Positions 37,265 through 49,600 of a DNA stretch of 64,000 bases are shown here, in pieces (within the stretch, counting starts at the first letter, position 1; the number at the start of each line of letters is the position of its first letter). Location of the stretch: the NCBI GenBank assembly GCA_000146465.1, contig CP001949.1. One strand, given 5' to 3'. The notes below the pieces were generated by a model that saw nothing but the letters and a program-made list of their open reading frames with translations, had not been told where the DNA came from and made no database searches. Made by a program: the position numbers and the translations under genes.

Positions 37265-38569
37265 CTAATGATCTTTAATTTTTCTGATCATTTCTTCAGC
37301 CTCCTCAGGCATGTCGATCCCCTTTGAATAGTAAAACAAAGTTTCCTCTTTGTCGGTGGACAATATGGGATCAAACACCTTCCATAAAAGTTCTACCTCG
37401 TCTAAGTTCACACTGTTAAGACTTTTGTTCCTTATAAGACTGTCAAAAATGATTTCATAATCTCGGTATCCCCCGTAACTCTCATGCATCAAATCGTTGA
37501 TTCTTTTTTTATCATGCAGAACATGCTTGACGGAATCTCCTCCAACAAGAACCTCGAGAAACACCTCGCACTCTGGATAGATGTTGAACACCAGCCTTAC
37601 CACATCTATCTCGTTGATATGAACAGTTTTGTTAGAAAGCTTCTTTTCCTCGCAGAAAAGCTCAATGCATTTTGAAAATACATCTCTTTTAAACTCAATA
37701 GATATCTCAGTTCTCTTTTCATTCATCCCTTTTCCTGCGACAATGATAAAGGGAACTTTAGACCATCGAGGAGTGTTTACATTGATAGGAACTATACAGA
37801 ATGTCTCAGTGCTCGAATCCTTGTGGATCTCCTTGCTATAGTCATCGTATTGGCCATAAATACACTTCTCCGCATCAATAGTACATGCATCAAAGATCTT
37901 GGCCCTTTCTAACGCTTCCATAGTCCTCGATGGTTCTGTAACGTCCGATGCAACAACCCCAAGAAGTTCGGCCATGTGGTTCTGAACTATATCCTTTACG
38001 ATTCCGTTTTTGTCAAAGTAATTCCTTCCCTCCCCTCCAAGAACCTCCTTGGAAATTATCTCAACACTTTTGACATGCCTATTATTCATCGTCTCCTTCA
38101 TAGCACTTGACCCCCTTATAATTCCTGGCATTGCTATGACCAATGGTTTCAGAAGATAGTGGTCGATAAACTGAACCTTGCTTAGGTCAAACTTTTTCAT
38201 CTGTGCAAAAGACTCGATGCTCTCTCCATATGGCTTTTCGATACATATTACCTTGTACTTAAGCTTCGAAGCCTCCTTAAGTATACTGGTGTACACAGAA
38301 GGTGGCACAGAAAAGTAAAGCACTGTTTCTGGGTCGGCTATATCTTTAAGCCTCGAAAGGTCGTCATAGGATCCCCTGACGTATTGAACCTTCGAAAGGA
38401 ACTCCGGAGAGTAATTCCCAACCTCTTGAAGAACTTCGGAGTATTCAACATCATACTTGGTTCTTGCATATCCAACAACTTCAACATCCTTGAGATTTAT
38501 CCTGGAAAGCGCAGGAAAAAGTTTTCTTTTTGCAAGGTCGCCACTGGATCCAAAGATAACGACCTTCAT
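37265..38569 (-). CDS. ZWF1: glucose-6-phosphate 1-dehydrogenase
   Basis: MKVVIFGSSGDLAKRKLFPAL (GASGDLAKKK NADP site) and FIDHYLLKP (RIDHYLGKE active-site motif), length 434 aa. Confidence 0.9.
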   Translation of the reverse strand: MKVVIFGSSGDLAKRKLFPALSRINLKDVEVVGYARTKYDVEYSEVLQEVGNYSPEFLSKVQYVRGSYDDLSRLKDIADPETVLYFSVPPSVYTSILKEASKLKYKVICIEKPYGESIESFAQMKKFDLSKVQFIDHYLLKPLVIAMPGIIRGSSAMKETMNNRHVKSVEIISKEVLGGEGRNYFDKNGIVKDIVQNHMAELLGVVASDVTEPSRTMEALERAKIFDACTIDAEKCIYGQYDDYSKEIHKDSSTETFCIVPINVNTPRWSKVPFIIVAGKGMNEKRTEISIEFKRDVFSKCIELFCEEKKLSNKTVHINEIDVVRLVFNIYPECEVFLEVLVGGDSVKHVLHDKKRINDLMHESYGGYRDYEIIFDSLIRNKSLNSVNLDEVELLWKVFDPILSTDKEETLFYYSKGIDMPEEAEEMIRKIKDH

Positions 38570-38682
38570 TGGGGCACTCTGTCTTATGCTTAAATAATAT
38601 TTTTTGTAATCCCAAAGTAATCAATAAGATTTCTGCAATTGCCTTAAGTCAATTTTCCGTCAATTAGAGAGAAGAAGAGTGA

Positions 38683-39315
38683 CTAATAAATAACGCTGGA
38701 AGCAGAATCCGTTTCTTTTCTCTTCAGAATCCTAACAAAATCCACCTCGACAATTTTCTTGTCCTTCTTGTGGAAATCATGTCTTCTTGGAAGTTCATAC
38801 TTAATCTTTGCCAAAACCTCGGCACTTGGATATCTCGCAACTATATATTCTCTAGTGCTTGTCTTATGGAGGGAATATACAACGTCACAGAGTTCTAAGG
38901 CCTTGTCAACAGCCTTTATGTCGGCATGTTTTATCTTTGTGCCAAATGGAGGATTGATTACTGCTGTGTCAAACTTCTCATTGATGAAGGTAAGATCGTC
39001 TATAGAGCACCTTAAAAGATCTACATTAGCTTTAAACTTAAGATTGTTCTGTTTGAATACCGACAGAGCCAAAGGACATAAGTCAACTCCAAGGATGTAT
39101 GATGGTGAGAAGTAGCTGCAAGCAAAAGATAGCATTCCGGTCCCACAGCATAGGTCCAAAATGGACTTTCCCTCAATGTCATCATATGTAGAGTGGATGA
39201 TGCTAATCATGGATGCGGCTATGTCTGGTGGCGTCATATATTGCTCTAGTCCAACACTCATTTTGGAAAAATCTTCAACTTTGGAAAGCTCCATCTTTAA
39301 TTTCTTGACTTTCAT
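38683..39315 (-). CDS. METTL5: rRNA N6-adenosine methyltransferase METTL5-like
   Basis: LEQYMTPPDIAASMISIIHSTYDDIEGKSILDLCCGTGMLS, NPPFGTK and VYSLHKTSTREYIV...FHKKDKKIVEVDFVRI align to METTL5. Start at MKVKKLK just downstream of the tRNA-Thr on the same strand. Confidence 0.8.
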   Translation of the reverse strand: MKVKKLKMELSKVEDFSKMSVGLEQYMTPPDIAASMISIIHSTYDDIEGKSILDLCCGTGMLSFACSYFSPSYILGVDLCPLALSVFKQNNLKFKANVDLLRCSIDDLTFINEKFDTAVINPPFGTKIKHADIKAVDKALELCDVVYSLHKTSTREYIVARYPSAEVLAKIKYELPRRHDFHKKDKKIVEVDFVRILKRKETDSASSVIY

Positions 39316-39364
39316 GCAAAGTACAGAACACGGGGCATTCATACAGCGATGGTTTGGCTGTGGC

Positions 39365-39368
39365 AAAA
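39365..39368 (-). terminator. Pol III oligo-T terminator of tRNA-Thr
   Basis: TTTT run immediately 3' of the discriminator base on the minus strand. Confidence 0.45.
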
Positions 39369-39441
39369 AGCCACCACTGGGATTCGAACCCAGGACCCTT
39401 AGCTTACAAAGCTAAAGCTCTACCTACTGAGCTATAATGGC
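39369..39441 (-). tRNA. tRNA-Thr (anticodon UGU)
   Basis: Reverse complement GCCATTATAGCTCAGTAGGTAGAGCTTTAGCTTTGTAAGCTAAGGGTCCTGGGTTCGAATCCCAGTGGTGGCT folds as a cloverleaf (7-bp acceptor with two G-U, D-arm TAGCTCAGTAGGTAGAGC, anticodon loop TTTGTAA, T-arm GGTTCGAATCC), followed by TTTT. Confidence 0.8.
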
Positions 39442-39540
39442 TCGCTCTCTAAGGAAAATACACACATCCTGGGTAGAGATGCTCCATTAAAAGAAGCTGC
39501 ATCATCAAGTGCAAGCTTTAAAAAGGATTCAACAAAAATT

Positions 39541-40323
39541 TTACTCTTTGTTAAAGTCGTTGACATCATAGGACCCCACCTTGGTCCATCCTTCCTCATT
39601 CATGTAGTAAAGGTTGATGAATCCTCCAGAAAAGGCGTCTCGATGGGCTGCATGGAAAATAGCCTCCTTTCCCAAGTTCAAGGCTTCTTCCTTACTCATG
39701 TCGAACCTATAGCATGAAGAAAGAATTCCATAAGCTATTGTGGATCCGCTTCCTACAGAGAACAAGTTGCCCTTAATTCTTTTTCCAGCGTCGTCAACAT
39801 AAAAAATACATGGCTCACTTCCGTCATATCCACAGAGCATAGTCCCCATCGAGAGACCATACCCCTTGTATTTGTATACACAGTTGCTTAGGTACATGCT
39901 TGCTGCAGACACTGTTATTCTTCTTCCGTTTGTGAGCTCATAGTTCTTTGCATACAGACCCACAAGCTTTTCCCAGTAAAAGCAGTCTGCTGCTCCTCCA
40001 GCCATCGTTCCAAGCAAGTTCTTGTTTATCTCAATTACCTTCTTTACGGTCTGAGAAGCTATATATGGCCCAGATGTTGCCCTCGAGTCCACCGCAATGA
40101 CCATTCCCTCTTTAAACACAAAGGCAAGAGTCGTTGTTCCATAGTACGGCTTTATAAAAGACTTGATTAGCTGCTGATCAATGCAGGTGGTATCAATTCT
40201 TCTGATGTCTCTCTTCAATGTTTCTTCCATCCAAGGGGTTTCAAAATGCGAGAAGGAGATAGTATGGTCAATTATAAAGAAAGCCCCGAGAGAATGGAGG
40301 ATTTGAAAGAAAAGATCTTTCAA
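39541..40323 (-). CDS. PRE2: proteasome subunit beta type-5 (catalytic, with propeptide)
   Basis: [58 protein letters not shown] is near-identical to PSMB5 ([58 protein letters not shown]). Confidence 0.85.
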   Translation of the reverse strand: MKDLFFQILHSLGAFFIIDHTISFSHFETPWMEETLKRDIRRIDTTCIDQQLIKSFIKPYYGTTTLAFVFKEGMVIAVDSRATSGPYIASQTVKKVIEINKNLLGTMAGGAADCFYWEKLVGLYAKNYELTNGRRITVSAASMYLSNCVYKYKGYGLSMGTMLCGYDGSEPCIFYVDDAGKRIKGNLFSVGSGSTIAYGILSSCYRFDMSKEEALNLGKEAIFHAAHRDAFSGGFINLYYMNEEGWTKVGSYDVNDFNKE

Positions 40324-42639
40324 TTTGGAATATATGGAGCAAAGCTGGAAAAACTGAGTAAAGACGAAGTAGAAATCGCTATTGGAGAACCGTGGGTGGA
40401 AATACTAAAAGTCGAAACAATAGAAAATCTGAAAAGAAACTTCATCACCGATTGCTTGAGAACAGAAACGAATGGATATATGGTAGATAACTTCCACTGG
40501 GACAAGCTGTATGTAAGAATGGGGACACTTGCCTGGAAGGATTATCTAACTGCTGGGACATTTAATTTCACATCGAAAGAGTACTTTCTAATAATGAGTC
40601 TTCTTATAGAGACCAAGAAGTATGTGGACAATGTGGAGCTCAGGAAGTTGCGGCTTGATCCCAAGAAAACCCACTACTGCATTAAAAGGCTTGTGAGAAA
40701 AGGATTTATAGAATACAGAACATCCGAAGAAACAGAGAAAAAAAACTTTATATACAAAATTAAGGCAATTCTGGATGAAAGAGGATTTATAACGCGGAAA
40801 GTAGCACAACCATTAACAGACTCGGGGCGGATTGATGTGGTTGGAAGAAGACGCCTGTTTGAATACCGAATCGAAATTGGACTATACGACAACGTTCGGG
40901 AAATGATCTTGAGCTCTGAGGGAGGAATAATTACAAAGGACTTAAAAGACAAGCTTGGAGTTAGCTCAAAAATAGGATACAAGCTTCTCAATAAGATCTA
41001 CAACGAAGAAAAGGGGATTTTCAAAAGGATTGAGGAATTCCAGGGCCGTATTAGGAGATACAGATACCATGCGGCTTGCAAAGAGCTTTCCTACCAAGTC
41101 CCTGAGGAAGCCGGAACTGTAGAATATATAACCTCGGAAGAAAGAGTAAGAGCTATCAAAAAGCTTATGTCCATGAGTTCTGTTCTTCAGCTTGATAAGC
41201 AGACCTATGAAAAACTTCAGGAGATAACAGGATGGAAATACGAGTTCGACAGAAGAACCATAATCAGATCGGCTATACTTGCAGGGTTTAAGATATACAA
41301 GCAAAAGAAGGGAAGGGAAGGAAAGTGCAGCAGATATATGATAATAAGAAACGAGGTCTCTGAATCGGATATTGAGGCCTTGGATGTGCCAAGCAATGTC
41401 ATCCAAGAAGACATGTCCGAATTCCAAAGAAAGATATACAACATCTTTGTTAATTCACCAAAGCTTGTGGAGATGGACAACGGATACATTCCTCAGAGGG
41501 AGGAAAGACTACAGCTGTTCTATAGGTTTCTTGTGGAATATATGGCCTTCCAAGGAGTAAAATCGCTAAGATTTGACTGGGAGGTGGTAAAAGAAATGGA
41601 ATTTAGCCTTTTGCTATCGATAGTTCCCTTCGGCAGAATTGGATTCCGAGAGTCTCTCTGCCAATTCATAGACTCAGGAGAGACAGATAGTAATGCGTTC
41701 AGAGCAAAAGAATGCATTTTATCTGGAAAGGCAGAACCTTCAAACATCACTTCTCTTGCCGGAAAGAGGGTCTCCGATGTTGTTGATATGAAGCTACCCC
41801 AGAGCATAAGAAAGCTTATCAGATTAAAAATAGGAGTAGGAAACTTTGTATCCTTACTCAAGCAGATGAAAGACCTCCAAGTTCTCGACATTGAGATATC
41901 AAGCAAGAAGATAATGATAAAAGAAAACTCCATGGATCTCTCTTCGGGGATAAGGGCTTTTGAGAGGGTAAAGAGATCCAAGAGCAGTGGAAAGTATGTT
42001 TCCCTGGAAAAGAGGCTTGAATTCTACAAAAAGATACGCAATGTCGAGGAGAAGAGATTCTATGACGAGGCATACAGAACCATCTACACGGAATTCAAGG
42101 GCGATGAGTTTGAGGCTATGTTTGATAGATTGAAAATGTTCGGAGATGAAGGGATAGATGATATAAAGCAAACCTCGTTGGAAAGACTGTATATAGAATT
42201 CAAGAAAAACATAATCGAACTAGGATGGATAGGAGCACTAGATTTCAATTCATACTCCGTTTCGGAAGCCAAAAAAGTACTAAAAGCACTTTCTCGAGAC
42301 AAGATAATAGCAAACTATAAGGGCATAAAGAAAGTGGAGTTTGTCACGCCGCACGAGAGCTTTCTCCGGGTAATTAACAAGAAGTACGATGTGTTCAAGT
42401 TCAAAGGATATAATCAGTACAAAGGAACGGGGTACTTCTCGCATTACTTTGATCTAGTCTATTACACCTTAGCAACATCTGGATCCTTGGAAGTTACCGA
42501 ATTAATTTCTCGTGTCAGATTCATAGCTGATTTCGAGATGGAAATGTTTCTTTCTGAGTATAAAAAAGTTTTTAAGGTCTCTAATGTCAATAATACCAGA
42601 ATTATCTCTCTCGGCATATTCATGGATCCGTTTGAATAG
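40264..42639 (+). CDS. hypothetical large protein (about 790 aa), winged-helix-like N-terminal repeats
   Basis: Single uninterrupted ORF; start moved off the divergent PRE2 N-terminus. Segments like [15 protein letters not shown] look winged-helix-like; a TFIIIC B-block-binding-type role is speculative. Confidence 0.45.
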   Translation: MVNYKESPERMEDLKEKIFQFGIYGAKLEKLSKDEVEIAIGEPWVEILKVETIENLKRNFITDCLRTETNGYMVDNFHWDKLYVRMGTLAWKDYLTAGTFNFTSKEYFLIMSLLIETKKYVDNVELRKLRLDPKKTHYCIKRLVRKGFIEYRTSEETEKKNFIYKIKAILDERGFITRKVAQPLTDSGRIDVVGRRRLFEYRIEIGLYDNVREMILSSEGGIITKDLKDKLGVSSKIGYKLLNKIYNEEKGIFKRIEEFQGRIRRYRYHAACKELSYQVPEEAGTVEYITSEERVRAIKKLMSMSSVLQLDKQTYEKLQEITGWKYEFDRRTIIRSAILAGFKIYKQKKGREGKCSRYMIIRNEVSESDIEALDVPSNVIQEDMSEFQRKIYNIFVNSPKLVEMDNGYIPQREERLQLFYRFLVEYMAFQGVKSLRFDWEVVKEMEFSLLLSIVPFGRIGFRESLCQFIDSGETDSNAFRAKECILSGKAEPSNITSLAGKRVSDVVDMKLPQSIRKLIRLKIGVGNFVSLLKQMKDLQVLDIEISSKKIMIKENSMDLSSGIRAFERVKRSKSSGKYVSLEKRLEFYKKIRNVEEKRFYDEAYRTIYTEFKGDEFEAMFDRLKMFGDEGIDDIKQTSLERLYIEFKKNIIELGWIGALDFNSYSVSEAKKVLKALSRDKIIANYKGIKKVEFVTPHESFLRVINKKYDVFKFKGYNQYKGTGYFSHYFDLVYYTLATSGSLEVTELISRVRFIADFEMEMFLSEYKKVFKVSNVNNTRIISLGIFMDPFE

Positions 42640-42809
42640 AGTTAGTTCTTTTCTTTTTCAAGTCTAAGAAGTTAAGATTCCGATAAAATAAAAAAGTACA
42701 CCATGTTTTACCACCTTTATTTGTAACTTTTGTTTTTTGTTTCCTTGTCACGTTTACTTATCATATAGACTGGATTTTCTATAAAATAAATTTTTCCCTT
42801 TATCTTTTT

Positions 42810-43034
42810 TCAGTCCTCGTTTCCTTCGCCAGAGCCTCCACCTCCTTCCTTTATCATCTCATCCTTCAGCTGGTTAGCTCCTTGAACAACTTGTTCAGCT
42901 TTTTCACTCACAGCTTGATTAAAAAGAGGCCGAAGTAAATTTCTAGTAGGATCCCCTCCTCCAGAAGCACTAATCTTCCCAAGCATGCGTATGGAAACCA
43001 AAAACGAGCTCAATCCTATTTTTCCAAGCTTCAT
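42810..43034 (-). CDS. hypothetical small protein (74 aa) with N-terminal hydrophobic segment
   Basis: Only ORF in a 500-bp spacer; could be spurious. Confidence 0.2.
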   Translation of the reverse strand: MKLGKIGLSSFLVSIRMLGKISASGGGDPTRNLLRPLFNQAVSEKAEQVVQGANQLKDEMIKEGGGGSGEGNED

Positions 43035-43144
43035 GTTACTCTAGAGATTTTGATCTTATATACTTTTTCGTCTCCTTTTTCCTCCTTTCTCCTTGGTTTT
43101 ATTGGAGTGGATTTGGATTGTAAAGGAGAGCTGCTTTCGAAGGA

Positions 43145-43585
43145 TTGAAGAAGGAAAGAACAGGAGGTGGAGTTCAAAACATGATGTTTTTAACGATATT
43201 TGTATTTTGGATAATAGTCGGTAGCTCGAACGCTGACGAGGAGCTGAAGGAGTTTATAAAAAAGTCTATAAAAGAAGAAGTTACGAAGGAGATGTATGAA
43301 ATTGTGGAAAAGACCACAAAAGATATGAAGGAAGATATGGAAAAGAAGATTGACGAATTTATGTCAGAAAAAATCCCGGAGCACGAGGAAAAGGTTGTGT
43401 TAGAGGAGGAAAAGGTTGTATTAGAGGAGGGGCAGGATTTGGAAGAGGAAGAAGAGTCTTCTGCAATGACTATTTTGAAGAAGGCTGGGGAAGCCCTTGC
43501 CATTGTAGTTATATGCATATTGATTGTGTTTTTGGTCTCAAAGATTTTGGAATACTACCGAAGGTTAAAGGACTGCTCTGAATGA
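43145..43585 (+). CDS. hypothetical E/K-rich membrane or secreted protein
   Basis: Hydrophobic leader MMFLTIFVFWIIVGSSNA, internal EEKVVLEEEKVVLEE duplication, C-terminal TM helix. Confidence 0.35.
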   Translation: MKKERTGGGVQNMMFLTIFVFWIIVGSSNADEELKEFIKKSIKEEVTKEMYEIVEKTTKDMKEDMEKKIDEFMSEKIPEHEEKVVLEEEKVVLEEGQDLEEEEESSAMTILKKAGEALAIVVICILIVFLVSKILEYYRRLKDCSE

Positions 43586-43675
43586 CAGTTGCGGAAGCCA
43601 AAACTATATCAACCTCAATAAATAAAGACTCTAAAATTTTGTCTGTTATGATTTTGGATTTTATCTAGGGGTGAG

Positions 43676-46600
43676 ATGAAACATAAGAAGCAAAAAACGG
43701 GCGAGGCCAGAGTTGGATCGTTAGAGAAGTTTGAAAGACTAGCCCGAGAAGCTGTAGATCTCAAGGTTCCGGTTGGAGTGTATGGGGAGGTTGGAAGATC
43801 CTCATTGGTAAGTAGGCTTCATTCAGGGATTTATAGCAAAGGTGGACGGTTGGTTGAGATTGATTCTCGAGAAATAACTGATGCAAGAACATTAGGAGGT
43901 TTCTATGCAGTCAAGGAAGGAGATGTTGAGTACATGAAGGGATTACTGATTGAGTCTATGGAGAGAGGAGATTGGGTTTTGTTCAAAAGAATTGATAAGA
44001 ACCATGGGCTGATGCAATATCTTTTTACGGTAGTAAAGTACAGAAGGCTGCTGGGAAACGATGGGAGGGAGGTTCTTGCACATGAAGATTTTAGGATATT
44101 CTTTACTTCCAATGATATATTGGATATGGATGACATTGTGTTTGTAGGGCCACTTGGGTTTATGTTTGAAGAAGCAATGATGATGTTTGAGATAGCATGT
44201 GTTAGACAGCTTCTTATGAAAGTTTTCGAAGTTATTTCTACTCACTGGAAGGGGTGTTCGAAGGAGAAAGGAGAGGAATGCCAGAGAAGTTGCCTTAAAA
44301 TTGCATGCAAGAACAACGGATGGTGTTTGTTTAAGGAATCCACAGTTTGTGGAGCCCATTTCCGATCTCTCCAGAGAATTAAGAAGAGACTTGAAGGCAG
44401 TAACGGAACTAAAACAGAGGAGCGAGTAAAGGTATATCAATCAGTATGCAATGTATTGCTTAGACACGATTCGGATTCTTTAAGATATCTTCTTGCATTG
44501 ACTGATATTCCAGATATTTCACTTCATGGATTAGACTTTGCTAAAACTAGTTCTGTTGAATGGGGCATCTTCAATCTTCTATGGAACATTAAAAACAGAG
44601 ACCACACCTTATTAATTGGAGATACAGGGGTGGGAAAGACCTCAATGATTCAGTATCTCAGCTCGAAGTCCCATTTCTTCTTGGGAGTAGCGACCAAGTT
44701 AAGGGTTGTAAACATGTCGGCAGACTTTGATGGAACGGATTTAATTGGAGGATATGGGACTCTAGACATCAACAAGGCTATAGAGAGGATATGTAATCAG
44801 GAACGGCTAAGCACACCAGTCTGTTATGGAAACAAAGAGAAGCTCGAATATCTGAGGGAGAAGCTTTCTCTTCGAAAAGAAGATGGGTTAAAACATGAAG
44901 GGGCTATCAAAAAGATTGATGATCTTCTCAAACTACTAGAAAAAAAGGTGCATTTTGTCTATAAAAAGGGAATTCTTACAGAATGTATGGAAAACGGAGA
45001 ATGGCTGCTTCTTGATGAAATCAACCTTTCCTCTGAAGAGACACTTGACCTGATAGACGGGGTCTTGGGTAAGAAGGAAATACTCCTCTACGAAAGTGGA
45101 GACTTGAGGCCACTTGAAATTCATCCGGGATTTATGCTATTTGGATGTATGAATCCTGGGGGAGATTTTGGAAAGAAGAAGTATGAGGGGGTTGAATTTA
45201 ATAGCGTGCATATTCATGATTTCAGTACTTCGTTGAAGGATATTAATCTTGTGATTCATTCTGTGCTTAAGTATGAGATCTCCGAAGAAAGAAAGAGCAA
45301 GATAGGGGAATTCTTTTTGGAATTGAAGAACAAGGTTAGAAAGGGAGAGCTTGGGAATATAGTTGAGCCCTTGATAAGCGGAAGAAGCCTTGTTCGAGTT
45401 TTAAACTTTATCAGAAGAAGAGCAGAGAAGGGGTTTGAGCAGTCTGTATGGGAGGGATTTGATTTGTTTGTGTTCACACAGCTGGACTTTGTTAGCCGTT
45501 CTATTGCAATTTCTCTCCTGTCGAAGTACTTTGCAACCCAATCCTTGAGTGTTGAAAGGACAAAAGTTAAAGATGGATTTGTTCTAACACACAGGATTCA
45601 AACATATCTGAGAATAATGGAGCTAGGGGTTCTATCTAACTGCCCATTGCTTCTACAGGGGGATACATCTACAGGGAAGACAAGCATGGTTTTGTTTCTA
45701 TCCAAGGAGATGAATAAGCGTGTTATCAGGATAAACAACCACGAACATACGGAGGCTTCTGATTACATTGGTAGCTTTACTTGCACCAGCAGAGGAGTTG
45801 AATTTCAAGAAGGAGTTCTTGTGACAGCAATGAGAAGAGGATATTGGGTTATTCTTGACGAACTAAATCTTGCATCTAGTGATGTACTTGAGGTGTTGAA
45901 CAGACTTTTAGATGACAATAAGCAGATATACATTCCTGAAATAGATGAGGTTGTTGTTCCTCATGAAAACTTCCGAGTGTTCGCTACGCAGAACATAGGG
46001 TATGGAGGTAGAAAAGGATTGAGCAAAGCATTTAGAAATCGGTTTGTTGAAATGTTTTTCAATGAAGGAGGGGAAGAAGAGATACTAGAGATTCTTCATG
46101 GAGGATCGGGGCTTCCTAAGAGCTTCTGTAAGAAGATGGTTGAAGTTTATAGTGGACTTAGATCGAAAAGAAGTGTTAATGCTCTAGTGACCCTTCGAGA
46201 TCTTTTCAAGTGGTCTGGAAGAGTGCCCAGAAGCTTAAGCGAGGTATGTTTTCTAGGAATGAGTATAATATATGAAAGACAAAGAGAAGAAAAAGACAGA
46301 AGATGGGTATTCCAGGTTTTTTCTGAGTCTTTCGGGGAAGTAGAAGTGGAAAGGTATGGAAGGATTATCACAGGAAAAGAAGATAAGGAAGAGATAGTAA
46401 TTGGTAAAAAGGGAACCAACTTGAAGGATTTATCCCTAGCAGCCGAAGAACTTTATGGAAAGAAGCTCGTGTTTACCGATACATTCAGGAAAATGATTAG
46501 TCTGACGGTTCTAGCATGGGAAAGTAAAGAACCAATTTTGATTGTTGGAGAGACTGGAATAGGGAAGACAAAAATATGCGATGTGGTCAGCTCGTTGTTC

Positions 46601-49600
46601 AAGACAAAGCTGATTACTTTAAGCATGCATAGAGGTATAGAGAGCTCTGACTTCATCGGGAATTTTGTTTTTGAGAATTCAAAGGTGGTATGGAAGGATG
46701 GGCCTCTTGTCAGAGCAATGAAGAACGGAGAAGCATTCCTGATTGACGAAATCAATTTGGCGGAGGATTCTGTGCTTGAACGACTCAACAGTGTTTTGGA
46801 ACCACAGCGCACCCTATACATAACGGAGACAGGAAAAGAGGTGGTTGCACACGAAGGATTTCGAATACTGGCGACTATGAATCCAGGAGGGGATTTTGGA
46901 AAAAGAGAGTTAAGCCCAGCACTTAGAAATAGATTTTCGGAGATGTACTTTGAAGTCTCCTCGGATGAGATTCCTCTGGTATTTGATCATCTCATAGATA
47001 AACGGCTTGAAGAAGTAGGTATGCCAAAGGAGAGCAGAGATATGTTCAAGTCTTTGGCGAGGTCACTTGATACGTCTATCAGGAAGCTTGAACTTGTGGT
47101 TGATTTTATATACAGGCGCTATACTGGGAGATTTGAAGAGGTTGTTTGCATGGAGATGTTTGATGCAATAAGTGCATGGAGAGAAGCACTAGAAATTATC
47201 GAGGCGAACAGTTCTGAAATAGAGACGAGATACATTGAAAACGAAAAGATGTTTGGGGCGTTTCCATACCTAGTAGGATACAAAAACCCATCCTCATTTG
47301 ATTTTGAATCTAAAACACCTACTTTAAATCTTAGGAGAGTACTCCGAGCGATGGGATTGGGAAGAGGAATTATGCTGGAGGGAGATCCTGGAATAGGAAA
47401 GACAAGTATAGTGCAGGAGATAGCGCGAAAGATGGGGAAAAAGTGTATTAGAGTGAATCTAAGCGAGCAAACGGAGCTATGCGATCTGATCGGAAGTTAT
47501 CTCCCAATTGACGGGGAAATCCGCTTTGTAGAAAGTGAGTTACTACACAGTCTTAGGAACGGAGGATGGATAATTCTTGACGAGATTAATCTTTGTACTC
47601 AGAGTGTGATTGAAGGATTGAATTCTGTGCTAGACTACAGAAGAAAGCTCTTTATACCTGAAGTCACAGTTGATGTTCATAGGGACACCCGAATATTTGC
47701 AACTCTCAATCCATGCAGCTCTATAAATGGACGAAAGATGCTTCCAAAAAGCTTTCTTGATAGGTTTGTAAGAATCAAGATGGACGGGTACACGGCGGAC
47801 GACATTGCACAAATCCTCCACAAGATGTTTCCAAGACCTGTGATAGTGAGTTCGGCCAGTCTAAGAGAAAATATCCGAGCAAATCAAATGGGGAGTTTGG
47901 AATCTAAGAATATTAACTATTTTATAGATGAGTCTATTGTTAGGATTGGATCTGCTCACATCCAAAGAAAGGGAGGAAACCTGGATTTTGTACTAGTTCA
48001 TTCGCAACTCCAGCAGATGGAAATGATCATGAAATGTGTGGAGATGAATATTCCACTTGTTATATCTAGAGGAGTGGGGAGAGATTCATTACTTCGGTTT
48101 GTATCTTCTGTGTTTGGGCAGGAAATGATGCTCTTCAACTGCCATAAGGATACGGACGTGTGTGATCTTCTCGGGCAATACCAAAAGATGGAAAATGGAA
48201 TGTTTGAATGGCGTGATTCTGCAATTGTGCAAGGGATAAAAAGAGGAATGATTGTTGTCTTTACGGGAGTTGAGTTTGTAGAGAAATCTGTTTTTGACCG
48301 GTTAAATCCTTTGTTTGAATCGGAAAGAATATTGAATATATATGAGAGAGGGATTGACACAAATGTTGTAGTTAATCCATCGACACGATTAATTCTGTTA
48401 GTAAAAGAGCCCAGTATGCTATCACCGGCACTACTTGATAGATGTATGCATGTGGAATTGAGTGATAGACTCGACTATATTGATTTGTGGAAGTTGTTTG
48501 TAAGGCAATCCAACTCTAGTTCTGTCTTTCATGAAGACTTTTATGGTCTCTCTATGGACCGCAGCCAAATTGATTTTGGATTGGATTTAAAGAGATTGAG
48601 GTTGTTGGAGGTATGGCCTAGTTTTCTCGGCAGACATCTTTGTGGTGTATGGAATGCTTTGGAGGAATCTAGGATTGACGAGATGTTCCAATTCCAAAGA
48701 AAAAACATAGAAAATTATGAGATAGATTTTGAAATTCTTCATTTCTACAACAAGATCCGACTTTATGTTGAAACACCAGACGACGATGTGTCCAAAATTA
48801 ACCTACTTAAAAGCATTTCTACCATGAGCTCTGAAGATCGGAAAGCAGTGGCATTTATCAAGTCTGCAGATCTCTCGATCTTTAGCCGTTTTCATGATCA
48901 AGGAGGGTGTTCTCTTAACTTCCCGAAATCATCCAGAGATCTAAAAGTAAAGGCCATCAGGTGCCTTCGAGATAAGAAGTTTTCTGATTACAAAAAGTTA
49001 AGAATGATTGTGGAGCAGCTTCCGGATGTGGAATGGCTTCTCCATTCCGACTTCGATATGTTTTTCTTTGAGTTTATCGAAAGATGCTTAAATGATCCTC
49101 TGGAGATGGTAAGGAAAGGATTGATAGCAGAGATGAATGAGTTTGAAAACAAAAGCCTTTCGGAGATATATGGTACTATGAAGAATATGTACAAATATGG
49201 AAAGGGATCTATAGAGAAGATGGTGGATAGATATGAAAAGGGTATCCAGGAATATAAGGCCAAAATCCAGGAGATTGAAGGAAGGATGAACAGAGACTAC
49301 CTGAAGTTTAGGAATTCCTTAAGAGGCCTAGACTTTTGCTCATATATGTGCGGAGATAAGGCCTTATACTCAGAATTCGATGATATTTTGGACTATTATT
49401 TGATATACTTGTTTTATAGGTGGTCAAACGGAGAAGGATGCTCGGGAATGTGTAAAATCAAGCGCATAGGGGTAGATTGTACGAAATACGGGGACAGAAA
49501 TAGTGTTGAAGAAGAATCTGGAGACTATGCGAGCTATGGTATCCTGTGCTTAAACTTAATTGACCGCGGTTTGGAGATTCTTCCACTCTTAGGGAAGATT

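Noticed and set aside
43808-43830. GTAAGT inside the midasin N-terminus (ttgGTAAGTaggcttcattcag)
   Set aside because: Read-through gives sensible, continuous midasin sequence (LVSRLHSG), and the candidate intron length (19 nt) is not a multiple of three, so it is a coincidental hexamer.
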